Shown here in pieces: positions 1 through 11,930 of a stretch of 64,000 nucleotides of DNA. Location of the stretch: positions 1 to 64,000 of the forward strand of contig KZ538059.1 of NCBI GenBank assembly GCA_000934665.2. The letters run 5' to 3'. The position numbers and the translations under genes are program-made. The stretch's first letter is position 1. Each line of letters starts with the position of its first letter. The stretch comes from Catajapyx aquilonaris (Eukaryota). The notes under the pieces were generated by a model that searched no databases, had not been told where the DNA came from, and saw only the letters and a list, made by a program, of their open reading frames with translations.

Positions 1-200
1 GGGGACCGACAAATGTCCCCACAATTGGAACTGGTCCCCACAGCTACAGTAAAACCACAGACTTCCGTCCCCAGACCTTAGTCAAGACCTGATCACATTA
101 TGAAGGCCTGAAAAAAGTCCTCGTAAGGTTTTCGGTCCTCACAAGGATAGGAAACTTGCGAAAAATATCCTCACAAGGATAGCAATGTCTGACCACATAG
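1..200. mobile_element. Partial copy of the non-autonomous GTCCCCAC-motif element (cut by the window edge), followed by GTCCTCACAAGGATAG repeats
   Basis: 1-88 aligns colinearly with 420-506 (ggggaccgacaaatgtccccacaattgg ... ttccgtccccagaccttagtcaagac vs ggggaacgaaaatgtccccacaattgg ... ttccgtccccagaccttattgaagac). tcctcacaaggatag occurs twice within 135-183. Confidence 0.6.
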
Positions 201-203
201 ACC

Positions 204-507
204 TGTCTTCACTAAGGTGTGGGGACTGTGTGGGGACGTGGAAACTGAACTTTTCGTAGCGAGTGTAAACTAACCTAACCTACCCTAACCTACCCTACCC
301 TACCTACCCTACCCTAACTAACCTAGTCTGAGAGAAATGGACTTTTGTGTAACCCTGCAAAACGAAATAGTGGGGACATGTCCCCACTGTAACGGTAATA
401 TTCTCGTGGGTCAAGCTGTGGGGAACGAAAATGTCCCCACAATTGGGTCAACGTCCCCAGAGTTACAGTAACACACCTGTTTCCGTCCCCAGACCTTATT
501 GAAGACA
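204..507. mobile_element. Non-autonomous DNA element with 23-bp inverted repeats and an internal (CCTAA/CCCTA)n tract; superfamily unresolved (Helentron-like or CACTA-like)
   Basis: tgtcttcactaaggtgtggggac (204-226) matches the reverse complement of gtccccagaccttattgaagaca (485-507) at 21/23. Multiple GGGGAC/GTCCCC motifs inside, pentamer tract at ~268-325, short CA run immediately after. Confidence 0.65.
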
Positions 508-1099
508 ACAACACACACCTGCTCAACGTGGGGCCTGTGCGAAGGGTTGCTTCAAGACCAGGATAAAGTGGCCAAAACAATTTGAGCCCCATAGTACATA
601 GGTATTTCATCAGCAGATGCACACTGCTAGGAAGACGAGAAATAGTGCTCATTTTTTTGCCTCGGATTCACTATATTGGTGAACAATATAATTCGTGTTA
701 AAAAAATTCTCACTGAACATCCAGCCGTCGATATATGCAGTTCTGTTCTGTACTTGACGTGCCAATTTTGCAAGTTCCTATATACCCTGTTCGGAAGCCC
801 CAAATGTATAGTATTAGATAATAAATTCGATTAGGGCATGAGAAACGATAGTGTCGGGCAATGCGGGTGCTTTTAAGCCCTGTGTGGATCCCGCTGTACC
901 CACACTCGGTTGCACCAAGTGTGGATGACACGGTCCAGTGCGTGGCAAGGAGGATTAACTGGACTTGCATTCACCGCTCTCTCGTCACTCTAACAAACAG
1001 TACAGGCCGGAAAAAGAATGAATTCATCCCATTGCCTTTCACAACCTACAATGTGTTGCGGGGGGAAACATGCCCTCATTTTTAACGTGCTAGCGTACA

Positions 1100-1335
1100 A
1101 ATGGTCGCAGTTTCCCGCACGAAAGATCTCCGGATCGAGCAGACGAGTAGAAGAATCCAAATATGAGGGGGGGAGCGGTCAAGTTGACCATAAAATTGGA
1201 CTGCAGGAAGAGAGGTACCTGATTTGGTTTCCTTGGGGACGAGTGAAACGATGGGAGGGTAGATCCAGAGGACAAAAAAAAGGGAATGGTCCCAGAGCGT
1301 GGTTTGTCGAATGGAAATGTCCAATTACATTCTGA
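1100..1335 (+). mobile_element. Eroded LINE (RTE-like) ORF2 C-terminal fragment
   Basis: EERYLIWFPWGRVKRWEGRSRGQKK resembles the RTE motif RRLxWxGHVxRM...RxxKK. Judged by eye only. Confidence 0.25.
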
Positions 1336-3400
1336 CCAATAAAAATGTGTATGAACACATTTAAAATAGCATATTAGGAACAGTTGTGGGAGTATTATGT
1401 ACCTAGTGGTTACAACCTGGTACCAACAACCATATTAAAACACGTGTCGGTACTGTAATGCTTCAGATTAAATCCGTACCCTCGACACGTTATGCCACTG
1501 CCATCTTTCGTTTCATTTTCGTCGCGTGCACTCTGGATTTTGCCGACTTTATCCTTAACAGGCAGTTTGCCTTCGGAGCATGTAAAGTGCATGGCTTTGG
1601 AATAAAATTGCTTTTAAAACTTGAAAGCGGGTATGCCCCAAGTGCTTATGTATGCGCATTTTCCACTATGCATATCGATTTGTGCCGCAAGTTGCTTTAA
1701 TGCATGGATGGCCCCCAAAATCCGTCGGCATTCATCTTCAACCAAAGCAGGCAAGGAGAGTGCTTCTTAAATCTTCCGGGCCGTTCCGGACATTTTGGAT
1801 AGCATACTGGTACAAAATATAGACCGCTAGAGTAGATGCACTTGCACACTTTTAGGCTCGAGAAATATATACCATCACTGTGGCACAATGATTTATTCAT
1901 CTTCTGATATGTAGTTTATGTCTGCAGGTGCTGGACTGACCTTATTGAGGATTATGACCTGTTTTCATATGATTAAAATGTTACGGATTTACATTATTTG
2001 TATATGCATAAAAAATCTTTACTGTCTTTCCTGCTATCTGTCCGGAGAAGTTAAGTGGAGCCAATCGCGGGGCTCATACCGCCACCCAGAAATATCGATA
2101 TACATCGGTACATTGTGAAAAGGAATATCGATATCAAGGAGGGCTGTTTAAAAATTATGGCGGGGTTATCGCTTGTAGGGTAGGGCTATAATATGCATGT
2201 GTGATAGGAGCCACCTTTATGAATAAAGCTAGGAAATCTGCTCCACATAGCCATCATGTATATGCTGCATTGTGCACTGGGGGCGGGGGAAGGGGGGCGG
2301 GAAAGCAGAATTCTGCATAATAGAAGAGCCCCGATCCGAAAGTTATACAAAAGGGCCCCCGAAAATTTTCAAATATGAAACAATACTATATACTGTTATT
2401 TCAAGCCTTCTGTAAGCAAAACTTCCTCGGGGAAACATTTTTTTCCCGTTAAAAATAGGATCAACTAGAGGTAAATATTTGTGAAAAACCGTGAAATGAG
2501 GTTTCTAGATGGTTAATGCTGCGGCTAGACCATTTTACATAAAATTCCCAGGCGCACTCGCTATTGATCCTCTTCTGAGCCAGTAAGTCAGCTCCCGAGA
2601 TTATCCCGTAAACCTCCTTGGGCAAGTAACTGTATATTGCACATCTCCGAATAAACAGTAGCATGCTGTAAAAGACACCGCGCAATACACTCCATTATAA
2701 TCCAGAATAGTACATGGGAAACAACAACAAATCATCCACACCGGGTGCACTGAACCTGAAATTATATCGCAAACAATCAAGGGATGCAAAATTGGGGCGC
2801 AGCATTTTCCTGCTAAAAAGTCAGTGTTGACCCATTACATAGCTCCCATGGCCACCCCACCATGACTATGCGAACTTTGCGGATTTGGGTTAGCTCTTCG
2901 TTTCTATACTCAGCCAGGTGGCGACCAACATCCGATGGCATCACATGGAGCCAAAATCCGCGTGAACATTTCCGACCTCTGCCAATGTAATTCCAGTTAC
3001 GACAGGCGATATTTTTTTGCACTCGACCTACACTCTGGCGCGTACTGTACTATATCGTGGGCATTCATGTAAATTAGCCGAATGTATTGAATTTACTGCG
3101 CACTAGTCGGCTAACATTGTTAACGCAACTCGGGTTGGGCCAGATGTGGAGGGGAGCTGTATGCATAAAATGGCTTTCAGAGTTCTGTTTCCATTGATAA
3201 TATTATCCTAGCCGTAGGGTTGCATCAATAATTCTCAGGTAATAGCCCCCTAATCAGAGTACAGTATCTCAAACGAACATCATTGGAACCGGGTTCAAGA
3301 GTGGGCGGTAAAAATTCATTCATTGCCTGATATGAATGTATAGGCCATGCAGGCTTGACCAGAAAAGAAATAAAAAAGTGACCCATATGAAGGCAAAAAT

Positions 3401-3830
3401 GTGGGACCCTATACCATATATACTGATGGGTCCTATAAGCTGGACCATACTGTATGGGTCCCAAAACATTCCCACGGCCTTCAATACGCGGGGGTTTTAT
3501 GCGGCTTACGTATTCCCAATATTCGTACCACACATCGCGTTGCAATGATATATCACCCGCGAGGATACTGTATTACAATTTGGGGCCGACATTGCCCATC
3601 ACATGTTACATAAAAGTGGGGAGTTATGATTATAATAGGCCATATGCAGGTGAGCCCCAGCATGGTGTCAACATCGGTTCAAGACGCGGGCATACCCTGC
3701 TTTTATTCAGCTCAGATACGAATGATGAGGTGATTTTAGGACACACTATTTTTTTTCCTGGTCTATGGCTGTGGACCTGTGGTGGTCACTTCTTGAGGGT
3801 CCGCTAGACCGAGAGCCTGACAAATAAGCC
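3401..3830 (+). mobile_element. Eroded non-LTR retrotransposon RNase H domain (I/R1/LOA-type)
   Basis: Exact IYTDGS motif, then LRIPNIRTTHRVAM (like RLP...VFxAEL). In shifted frames near 3770-3830, LWTCGGH and DREPDK*A resemble WVPGH and GNExADxLA, in the expected order. Confidence 0.45.
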
Positions 3831-4920
3831 AGCTTTATGTAGCCAGCAGAGGGAAGAACGTCTGGGCTCTTGTTTTATCCAGCCATGACTGAACCACATG
3901 CATACACTACACTGCCACCCAGAGCTCAGCACGGCCCCTTCAGATATGGGGTTAGCATACAATGGGGTCAGATTTTCACAATGGAGCCCATGAATAACGT
4001 GCACAGAGGAGGAAAAAAACTCATAATATTCTAGTCATTAAAGTCAGGTCTACCTACGATAGTGACATTGCCTAGAATCGTAGACGTTTTGTCTCAAGGG
4101 CCTGGAAAATTTGCAACCTGTGAACAGCATATGTGCATGAATATTAAATCCTTTGAACAACATTGCATATATTCAACCTTCAGGTATGTTGCCTTCTTCT
4201 GCATAACCTTATTCAAACTGGTTTCACATTGTTTATGTTACCTCACAGAAATCCCCATATGGGCTTTCCATGGGCACCATTATCGAGTTATATGGGTTAG
4301 TTTTCGAGCAGAAACTCATGCGCTCATAGTGAATCTTTAACTTAACCCTATTACCTTTAAAGGAGAGACCACGCGACTTTCAGAGAAGGGAAAAAAAAGT
4401 TGTGAATGCAGCATGATCTGTTCGCAACAGCTGGTTTTCGCGCTTGAGAAGATACTTAGTGAATTTACTGCAGCTGCCGAATAACCCTTGACGTAGAAAT
4501 TAAATGAGGAATGGGTTTGATCCTAGTGAAAATAATAGGTCTGGTGAAACAAAACAAAAAAATCATGCACAGAAAGTTGAGGTTCACTATATTTTTGCTA
4601 CACTTGCTGAACTTTTTCTCCTGCCAAGAACAGCAATGGAGTTGACAGTGCTCTTGACTACACAGTACAATAGTGCGTGGCGTATCTCATTTGCAAACGT
4701 GGCAAATTTTTGTGTAACTGCTAAGTAAATTCTTGCAGTAGCGCTGTGATTCCGGCAAATTTTTACTTACTGACACTCGCTCGAAGCAATAAACTTTTTC
4801 ATATCACAACAAAATAGTTGTATGTGCTTAATGTGCATCAAAACGGCGCGCATTAATAATTCAGCTTTATTTCCTGGTTAATTAACAAAATAATAATAAT
4901 GTATAGTGCACTGGCTGCTC

Positions 4921-5080
4921 TTTTATTAACTAATACAGATTATTAATAGTTTATTAATTAAATCAAACAGATTATTCATTAGAATTTTTATTGATTGTAC
5001 AGCCTATTGTTAATTATTTATTGATCATACAACCTATTTGTTAATTGTTATTTATTAACTCATACACATATTCTTAATAA
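4921..5080. repeat. Degenerate AT-rich minisatellite, ~28-33 bp unit, about 5 copies
   Basis: Repeated units such as tttattgattgtacagcctattgttaatta and tttattgatcatacaacctatttgttaattg. Confidence 0.6.
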
Positions 5081-8000
5081 TCCACGTTAATTTCCGGAAA
5101 ACTATCATGATTATACCCTACCATATAACACGCTACTGTAAAATACTGCATAATGAACTGGAGCTTGAAAATAATTTCATTTTCCGGAACCCTCACTGCC
5201 TAATCAAATACTGTATTGCATATCTGTACAGCAGAAAATTACACGCATGTTTCACAATATGGCTCACGTTTTTGAATAGCCTGAAGAATAGTGCAGAGGG
5301 AATTATAACAAGCGTCTGAGAGAGTCGAGAAGCGCCGACACTAGTCCTGTACCCTACACTATGCACATAGGATGTGATGAAAGCGGAAAAGGAGGGTGGG
5401 GATGGGAGGGTTAGGGGAGTCAGACTTTCTGAAAATGAATCAAAAGCCTTCTCTTGCCCCGCAGCATTCCAACTATACGTGGCGCAATTATCAAGCTAAC
5501 GCATAAGTCAGTCCCGCTGATGTCCAAAGGAGAATACAGAGCAAAATTTGCACGTATAATTCCAGTGCAAAGTTCATACAAGTGCATGATGGTTGTCACT
5601 CCAGAATGTAACGCCCTGCTACACTCACATATTTAAGCACGGTATCTGTTGTGCAAAATGTGTCTGAATCAAACACGTGAAATTAATGATATTGTCAACA
5701 CGTTTTCGGTTCACTCTCTTCGAAAGAGGGGAAGGGAGGGGGGAAGGCAGAGGAAATCTATTACAATGCCTCGTTGCTGCGGACTAGTGCGGATCCCAGA
5801 TCGATACAGCTTATTTGTTACGCGAGTGTTCGGAATCCCCCTTACCCTCTTCCCCTACCCATATCTAGCAGTAAAATCTCGTTTCAGCAAACCCCGGTGA
5901 CTAATACTCTTCTGCAAGAATGCGTCTTGTCAATGGCATCAAGTTGTCACGATGACGTCACTTTTTCGTTCTATACTAGTATACTCCGTTTGGATGAAAC
6001 TACACGCAATATAAAGTTTCCTCATTCTCTCTAAAAAAAACTCAGGATTCCTTTGAACAACAGCCGCTGGGATCAAAGATTGCATAGTAAAAGTGACGAT
6101 CGATTCTCTAAAAAGTCCTCTTTTTCCTCCGGCTGCTTGGCACAGTTTGGGATGAAAACGTCTTCTCTAAGCGCCTTCTGATTCTTTGATGTGAATACCC
6201 TAATAAGATGAGTGCGGTGATAGAGCTGGAATCCCCTTCCCTTCTGGATCAGTTGAGATGCCACGAGAAACACAGGGACCTCCCAAGAAAAGCGTATAAA
6301 AGAAAAAGAAAGAACCATGGAGAGGAGGGCAACACGCTGAGCATGTCTGTCTGGCCGGCCCTCTGGCACCAGGGTGAACATGCTCCGAATCACTCAACCT
6401 TCCTGGCCATATTCATCACGTGCTAGGCTTCTGGCTAAATCATGAATATACTCGCAAAGTGTGTTGACTGTCACGGGACGGCGATTCTCTTCTGCTCATG
6501 TTACAGCCGCATTCGAAACTTGCTGCCCGTGAAGTCCTCGCTCGTTGAGAGGAGTTAAATGCCGCTTTTCTCGCTGAGCTACTTGTTCAGTCTGGTGTTG
6601 AATGTGTGGTTCAGATGATGCCAACAATCTGGAAGCAACGAATGCGGAAATGGCTGAAATGAAACTAGAATATAGAACAACATGTGAATATCATTGGTAT
6701 AGAGAAGTCCAATTTTGCCAGTTATTTACACCACTAATTAGCATTTTTATTCTTATTCTAGTCATCACTAGCATGTATTGTAGGATTATCTCGAAACTAG
6801 TTTGTTGGATATAGTGTGTGTCACTTGTGGGCTGTATGAGTTTATATGATAGCAGTGCAGGCTGGTTGTAAAACAAAATGCGCATTAGCCTAGGTCCTGG
6901 TATATAAATCGATAAATATTAATTTTATGTTTTACTGTAAGCCTACATTTGGGTCACTCGAATCATAATGTGAATAATATTGAGGGGAAAACTGAAAACC
7001 GCATTGACAGCGTTCAACTAGAAAATGTTTTTCTCTGCATTGTGATTAACCCAAACAAATACAGTAGATCCAATTAATATAAAAACATTTTTCATGCGGT
7101 GTTTTTGGGCCGGATTTCAATAAACAGCAATGAAACAAAATAGCACAAAAAAACCCACCACTCATAAATGCCAGTCGAAATATAAAAGGTCGCATATCCA
7201 TCCAACGCAAAAATGACTATGCATAACAAAATTTTGTGCTGAAACCCCCCAAAACCCCGGGTCTTCTTCCTGCTTCGCTGCAAATATACCAGCAGGAGTA
7301 AGAATGCAAATGAATTTCGCATTTCCCAGAAGACGGTGAGAAAAAAAAATATCCACGTGCCGCACAACCGAGAGTCAAATTAGGGACGAGAGGAACAGGC
7401 TTTTCCTCTTAGTCGACTTGGCAACTGCGAGATTCAAATGGCGGCCAAGTGACGAGGGAGCAATAAGTTGGGAACCTCAACCCGAACAAGCGAAGGAGTA
7501 GGTTTGGGCAACCATCCGCTGCATCAGCGGATTGCCCACCAAAGGAAATGATGAGCCTTCTGTCGCACAGGATCCAGATCTGCATTGATTAGAGATTCCC
7601 CTTTGCGGGAGTGATATATTCTAGGGCTCCCCCACTCAAAAAAAAATTCAGGAGGGTGCTGGGGAGATAGGGTCATAAAAAAGAAGGGAAAAGTACGTCA
7701 TCCTTTTCCACTGATTTAACGCTATGTAAATAAAGCCAAGTTTTCCCTAGACCTAGTAAGTTATATACAGTAGAACTTTCTGTGAGAAGAGCATAAGTGT
7801 GGACTAACAAAGTAAATTGTACCGAATTGTATGGTGCCTGTACACTGCACTAAAATTAATTAATAATTTAATAAATTGGGCTGAAATTATCACCACATAT
7901 TACACTCCAAATACTGGATGTAATGGTATAGTACAAAGAATTTGATCAAGGTACACACTGCTGCATGAAGTGACAATTTCTCACCATCTTCGCAAAACTT

Positions 8001-8319
8001 GTGAGATGGGGCAACCTTGTCATAGTACTTTTTCGCCCTCCAACTTTCTTTACTGTATAGTGGCAGTCTCAGCATGGGATCATAAATATAATAAATTGAT
8101 TAAAACTTTGGCTTAAAAAGAACTTTGGTATTGTCAAAAGATGGCAAATTAGTATCCTGTACGACCTCGCAAATGCAGCTTCTAGCGATGAAAGAGGTTC
8201 CTTAAGACCACCTCCCCCAGTTTTCAATATTGGAATTTCCATCTTGGCATTTACAAAAAGGCATTTCATAACGGCAGACCAACTCTTTATTGCTTTTCAT
8301 TTCTAGGCAGTTTCATCAA

Positions 8320-8720
8320 ACATGGGGGTCTGGTCGTCTATTTGTTTTTATTAGCTTCTCGAAGCTAGATCAAGTTGAGATGGATCGAGCTGTGCTAGAT
8401 AACATGGCATCACTAATTTTGTTTTCAAGGTGGGGGGACTTGAAAGTGTTATACGAGAAGGGTAGGTGTGGCCTGGTCATGAAGATGATTCCAGGGGAGA
8501 AAAGGGCAAAGTTGCCAAGTTTCCAATCTCCTGGGCGGGCTCAGTGGTCCGGCACTGATGGCGACTTGTGACCCTCTTCACGGCCGCCCGCCTCCTTCCT
8601 TTTCCTATGATGGATGGCAATGACCCGAACGGAGCTGGAAGGTGGGGGGGCGATAAAGTTGAAATTGTAACACTTCTATATTGACGTAGATAATGCACCC
8701 TCGGCTGCCTCCAAATTTAT
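8320..8720 (+). mobile_element. Eroded LINE reverse transcriptase fragment (RTE/L2-like)
   Basis: Colinear motifs: LFVFISFSKLDQVEMDRAVL (like FxDFSKAFDxVDRxxL), LKVLYEKGRCGLV (like IKxLYxxxxxxV), and GDKVEIVTLLY followed by a frameshift into DVDN (like LLYADD). Confidence 0.55.
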
Positions 8721-10259
8721 GGACGTCGCCCTCCATTCTGTTCCACTGAACTGCACTTGCACCTGATAAGACGCTGCAAGTCGCAAATGAAACCCTATCG
8801 TTTTGCACGAGAACCTTTGACCACTGTCTTCAACACCCTTCAAAATGTCCACTGCAGTGGGTGGCTACTCCGTCGGACAAGTAAATAACTAGGTTTTAAG
8901 AGCCTATTTTAGGAACTGACGTATCTGGTCTAAAACACTTAGCAAAAACCTATGCACGATCATATAACTGGCAGGGGAGATGCTCGTGCTGTGTGGTCCC
9001 TTGCAAGTAGTGCGTGACTTGTTACACGACCTATCAGTCATACGCAGTCTATCTGCAATTTTCATAAAGCGGGGAAATGCACAATGCGACACTGATGGAC
9101 GTGCAGTACAGTTTTGCATATTTCAACGAACGGGACAACCCACAGGTTAGTGTAGGTTTGAATCTCTGTTATGCGCATATGATGTTCCAAATGTGTCAAA
9201 TTAGAGTGCACACACATCCCCCTCACCTTGTAATATGCACCTACTCTCTGAACAATTGAAGAAGTGGAAGCGTATGAAAGTAGAATGAGTGCTTTATGTG
9301 CAGTCAATTGGGAATTAGTCTCATGTTCGACTACACCCATGTGGCACTATTTTGCAACCTACGCCTGCGCCTGAGCATTTCCTGACGCCATATTGGGCCA
9401 CGCGTGTCTGTGATCGGTCACCAAATCACATTACTTACACCACTCAGCAAGGGGCGAAAATTCTGTATTGTCCGGATAATAATTCAAGCCAAATGCCAAT
9501 ATTAGGCAAGGCAACGTTATTGCCAGGGACGCCAGAGCATGAAACATATATGGGCGCATTTAGGGCACCCGCTTTTCTTTCCCTTTCGAGCTGAAGCTCA
9601 GCACCTCAGGACGTTCCAAGAGGATCCATGTGCACGCAGGTCACGAACTCCCTATTTTGAGGTGCTACAAATAAAGAAAGTTTTAGGCTCCCCTATTGAA
9701 AAAGTTGACCCCCTACGTACTTTTGTCGCTGATTCTAACGAATGTGCCTTATTTCTTTCTAGGTGAGTACAGCCACCAAGCCGACCTTCAACATGCAAGT
9801 GAGTCCAACCCTAAACGTCCACGACACTGTGACCTTAAATGGGCAAAAGGAGCGTGTGTGTGTAAGTCTAACGAGGCAAAAGCTAAGCTCCAAGCGCGGA
9901 CACTATCGGGAAGCAGGATCCGCGTGTAAACTCCTGGCGACCAAATGGTTTTGTGCACGCCAACCTGCGGTTATATCGGATCTCGAGACTCGACGCAGCA
10001 CACAACTGTCGCGCCCCTCCACATTCAAATTGCTGCCTTTGGGTGGGTAGGTAGCTAGGGGTAGGCAGAAGGGGGGTTTCCATCTAAGTGTGCGCTTCTC
10101 CACTTAAAAGCGCCGCAGTGTTTAACTCGGGCTGCGTAATTAACTTCTTATAGTAACCTCCCTCGGTCCTGCCTTGCTCAATGTGGCGGGTCTTGTTGAT
10201 TGGATAAGGGCTGGCGCTTGCACAAGCAATCGCTCGGAATTAATTCGGAATTAAGGACA

Positions 10260-10700
10260 ACATTTCGGCATTGGCGGCTAGGTGGCGCGTATAATGTTCG
10301 CAACAATTCAGCACATCTTTTTGCAGGAAACCCAGCCCTGGGGTTTTTTCCCTCCAAAAAACCTGGATCCATTTATCAAAAAGTAGTTAATTCGCCCCTT
10401 GACACGGCGCGTGCCCCAACTGTATCGGTGAGAATAATTTATTCTTCCCCAGGCACATTGATCGCTTGTCTGGTTACAGGTCCCCTCTCTTCCCCCGCCT
10501 CTTCTCTCTTTCCACCACAACCCTCAAAGGCACTGTTAATAAGCCCAAGTTTTCAGTTACTTCCCTCAATGTGGAAACAGACGCTCGCTTTTTAAGTGTG
10601 AGTCGCTCAGGCCTAATTAGACATCCCCTTCGTGTGGCCGGAGCTTTATTTTTACGGGCCTCCTTCTCCTCCTTCTCAGTAGATGAAGTCATGACTTTGC
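10260..10700 (-). mobile_element. Eroded non-LTR reverse transcriptase N-terminal fragment
   Basis: One minus frame with two stops: RKNKAPATRRG (like KNNKAPGxDG), GKRGDL*PDKRSMCL...KLF (like KGDxxxPxNYRPIxL...KLF), GLGFLQKDVLNCCEH (like QxGF...GCxEH). Confidence 0.45.
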
Positions 10701-11549
10701 TGTCGCTCCCAGCTAATTTCTTTTAACCGCGGAGAAGAAGGAACGGAGGAGAAGATACATGGCAGTCTTCTTAAGGTCTCAACATAAAAGAAAAGTTGGT
10801 ATAAACTCTGGAGAGGCATGTAATGACCCTGATGAATTTGTAACGAGCTGGACTGAGATGTGCGGAGCGGTTTGTTTAGGAGACAATGATGAGGAAGAGA
10901 CATGAAGCATGTGGAATTGCTTTCTTTATAGGCAGCCATTATTGTGACTGATCCACCTAGCGGTGGCGTCCTGAACCGGAGAGAAGGAAAGGGCCATCAG
11001 CGTTTGGGCATTTGGAGTCATTTTTTGATGGCCGAGTTCCCCGGCAACGTGGGTGCATTAAAAAGGATGTACGGTTGACCAGGGAATAATTCGCATTGCC
11101 CATCCTACGCCAACCAGCATGATGAACTTCCAATACAAGCTGCATGTGGTGGCCCCCTAGATAGATTTACGGCCGTGTAATCTCAATTGCCCCTGATATT
11201 ATGGCCCCCTGTGATTAATATCAATCATATTCCCATTTTTCTTTGATAGCCTTATCAAGCCACTGTCGACCCAATTCTGTTAATTTGTGTAGCAATATTT
11301 TGCATGTTCGATGGCCTATTCGGGGAGCCAACATCGCTAACGTTGAGGCCAGATTTGATAATCGGACCCAGCATGCAATAGCCTACGCCTGCAATTTTGG
11401 GCCGCCCCGAGCGTGTTATTGACCAGTGTTGGACTTAAATTGTCTGTTGACATGGTCACAGGAAGACCCTCTTTATGTTTTAATGAACCGGGTGTCATTT
11501 ATACATATGATGCAAAAAATATAAATGCGCGCACGAAACCCCAGGCCGG

Positions 11550-11930
11550 GATTGTAAAGATAAGCTTTGCAAGTAACTCTATTGGGGCGGAAAGGCAGTT
11601 TTATGGCTTGGCATTAACAGGCATGCGTAGATTAGACTTGGTTCATGGATAGACAGCAGCTGTGTTGTAGTCTCAAGGCTGAAGTTTGAAGGAAAAATTG
11701 ATCCGCCATGATGCCACCTGCGTATTTCTTGTCAACCGCAAACATTTCTGTACATGGTATGTAATAATACAAATGAAGAGCATAAGGGGGAACCCCCGTG
11801 AATAAGGAGGGATGGAGCAGGAGCAGCCAATCGCGGGGGGTTTCCGGTACACGGACAGCAGTCTTCAGCTGCTCGGCCAGAAGCATGTCAACGTTTCCAT
11901 CATTGGCATTTCTGTCGATATTTCGCATTC
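11550..11930 (-). mobile_element. Eroded LINE reverse transcriptase fragment (RTE-like)
   Basis: Colinear DMLLAEQLK (like DGIxAELLK), ETPRDWLLLLHPSLFTG (like ExPxDW...PLFKG), YIPCTEMFAVDKKYA (like YRPISLLSVxGKxYA), then KAY further on in the same frame. Confidence 0.5.

Noticed and set aside
268..325. Interstitial telomere or chromosome-end signal from CCTAA repeats
   Set aside because: Short, mixed CCTAA/CCCTA, and enclosed by the inverted repeats of a mobile element.
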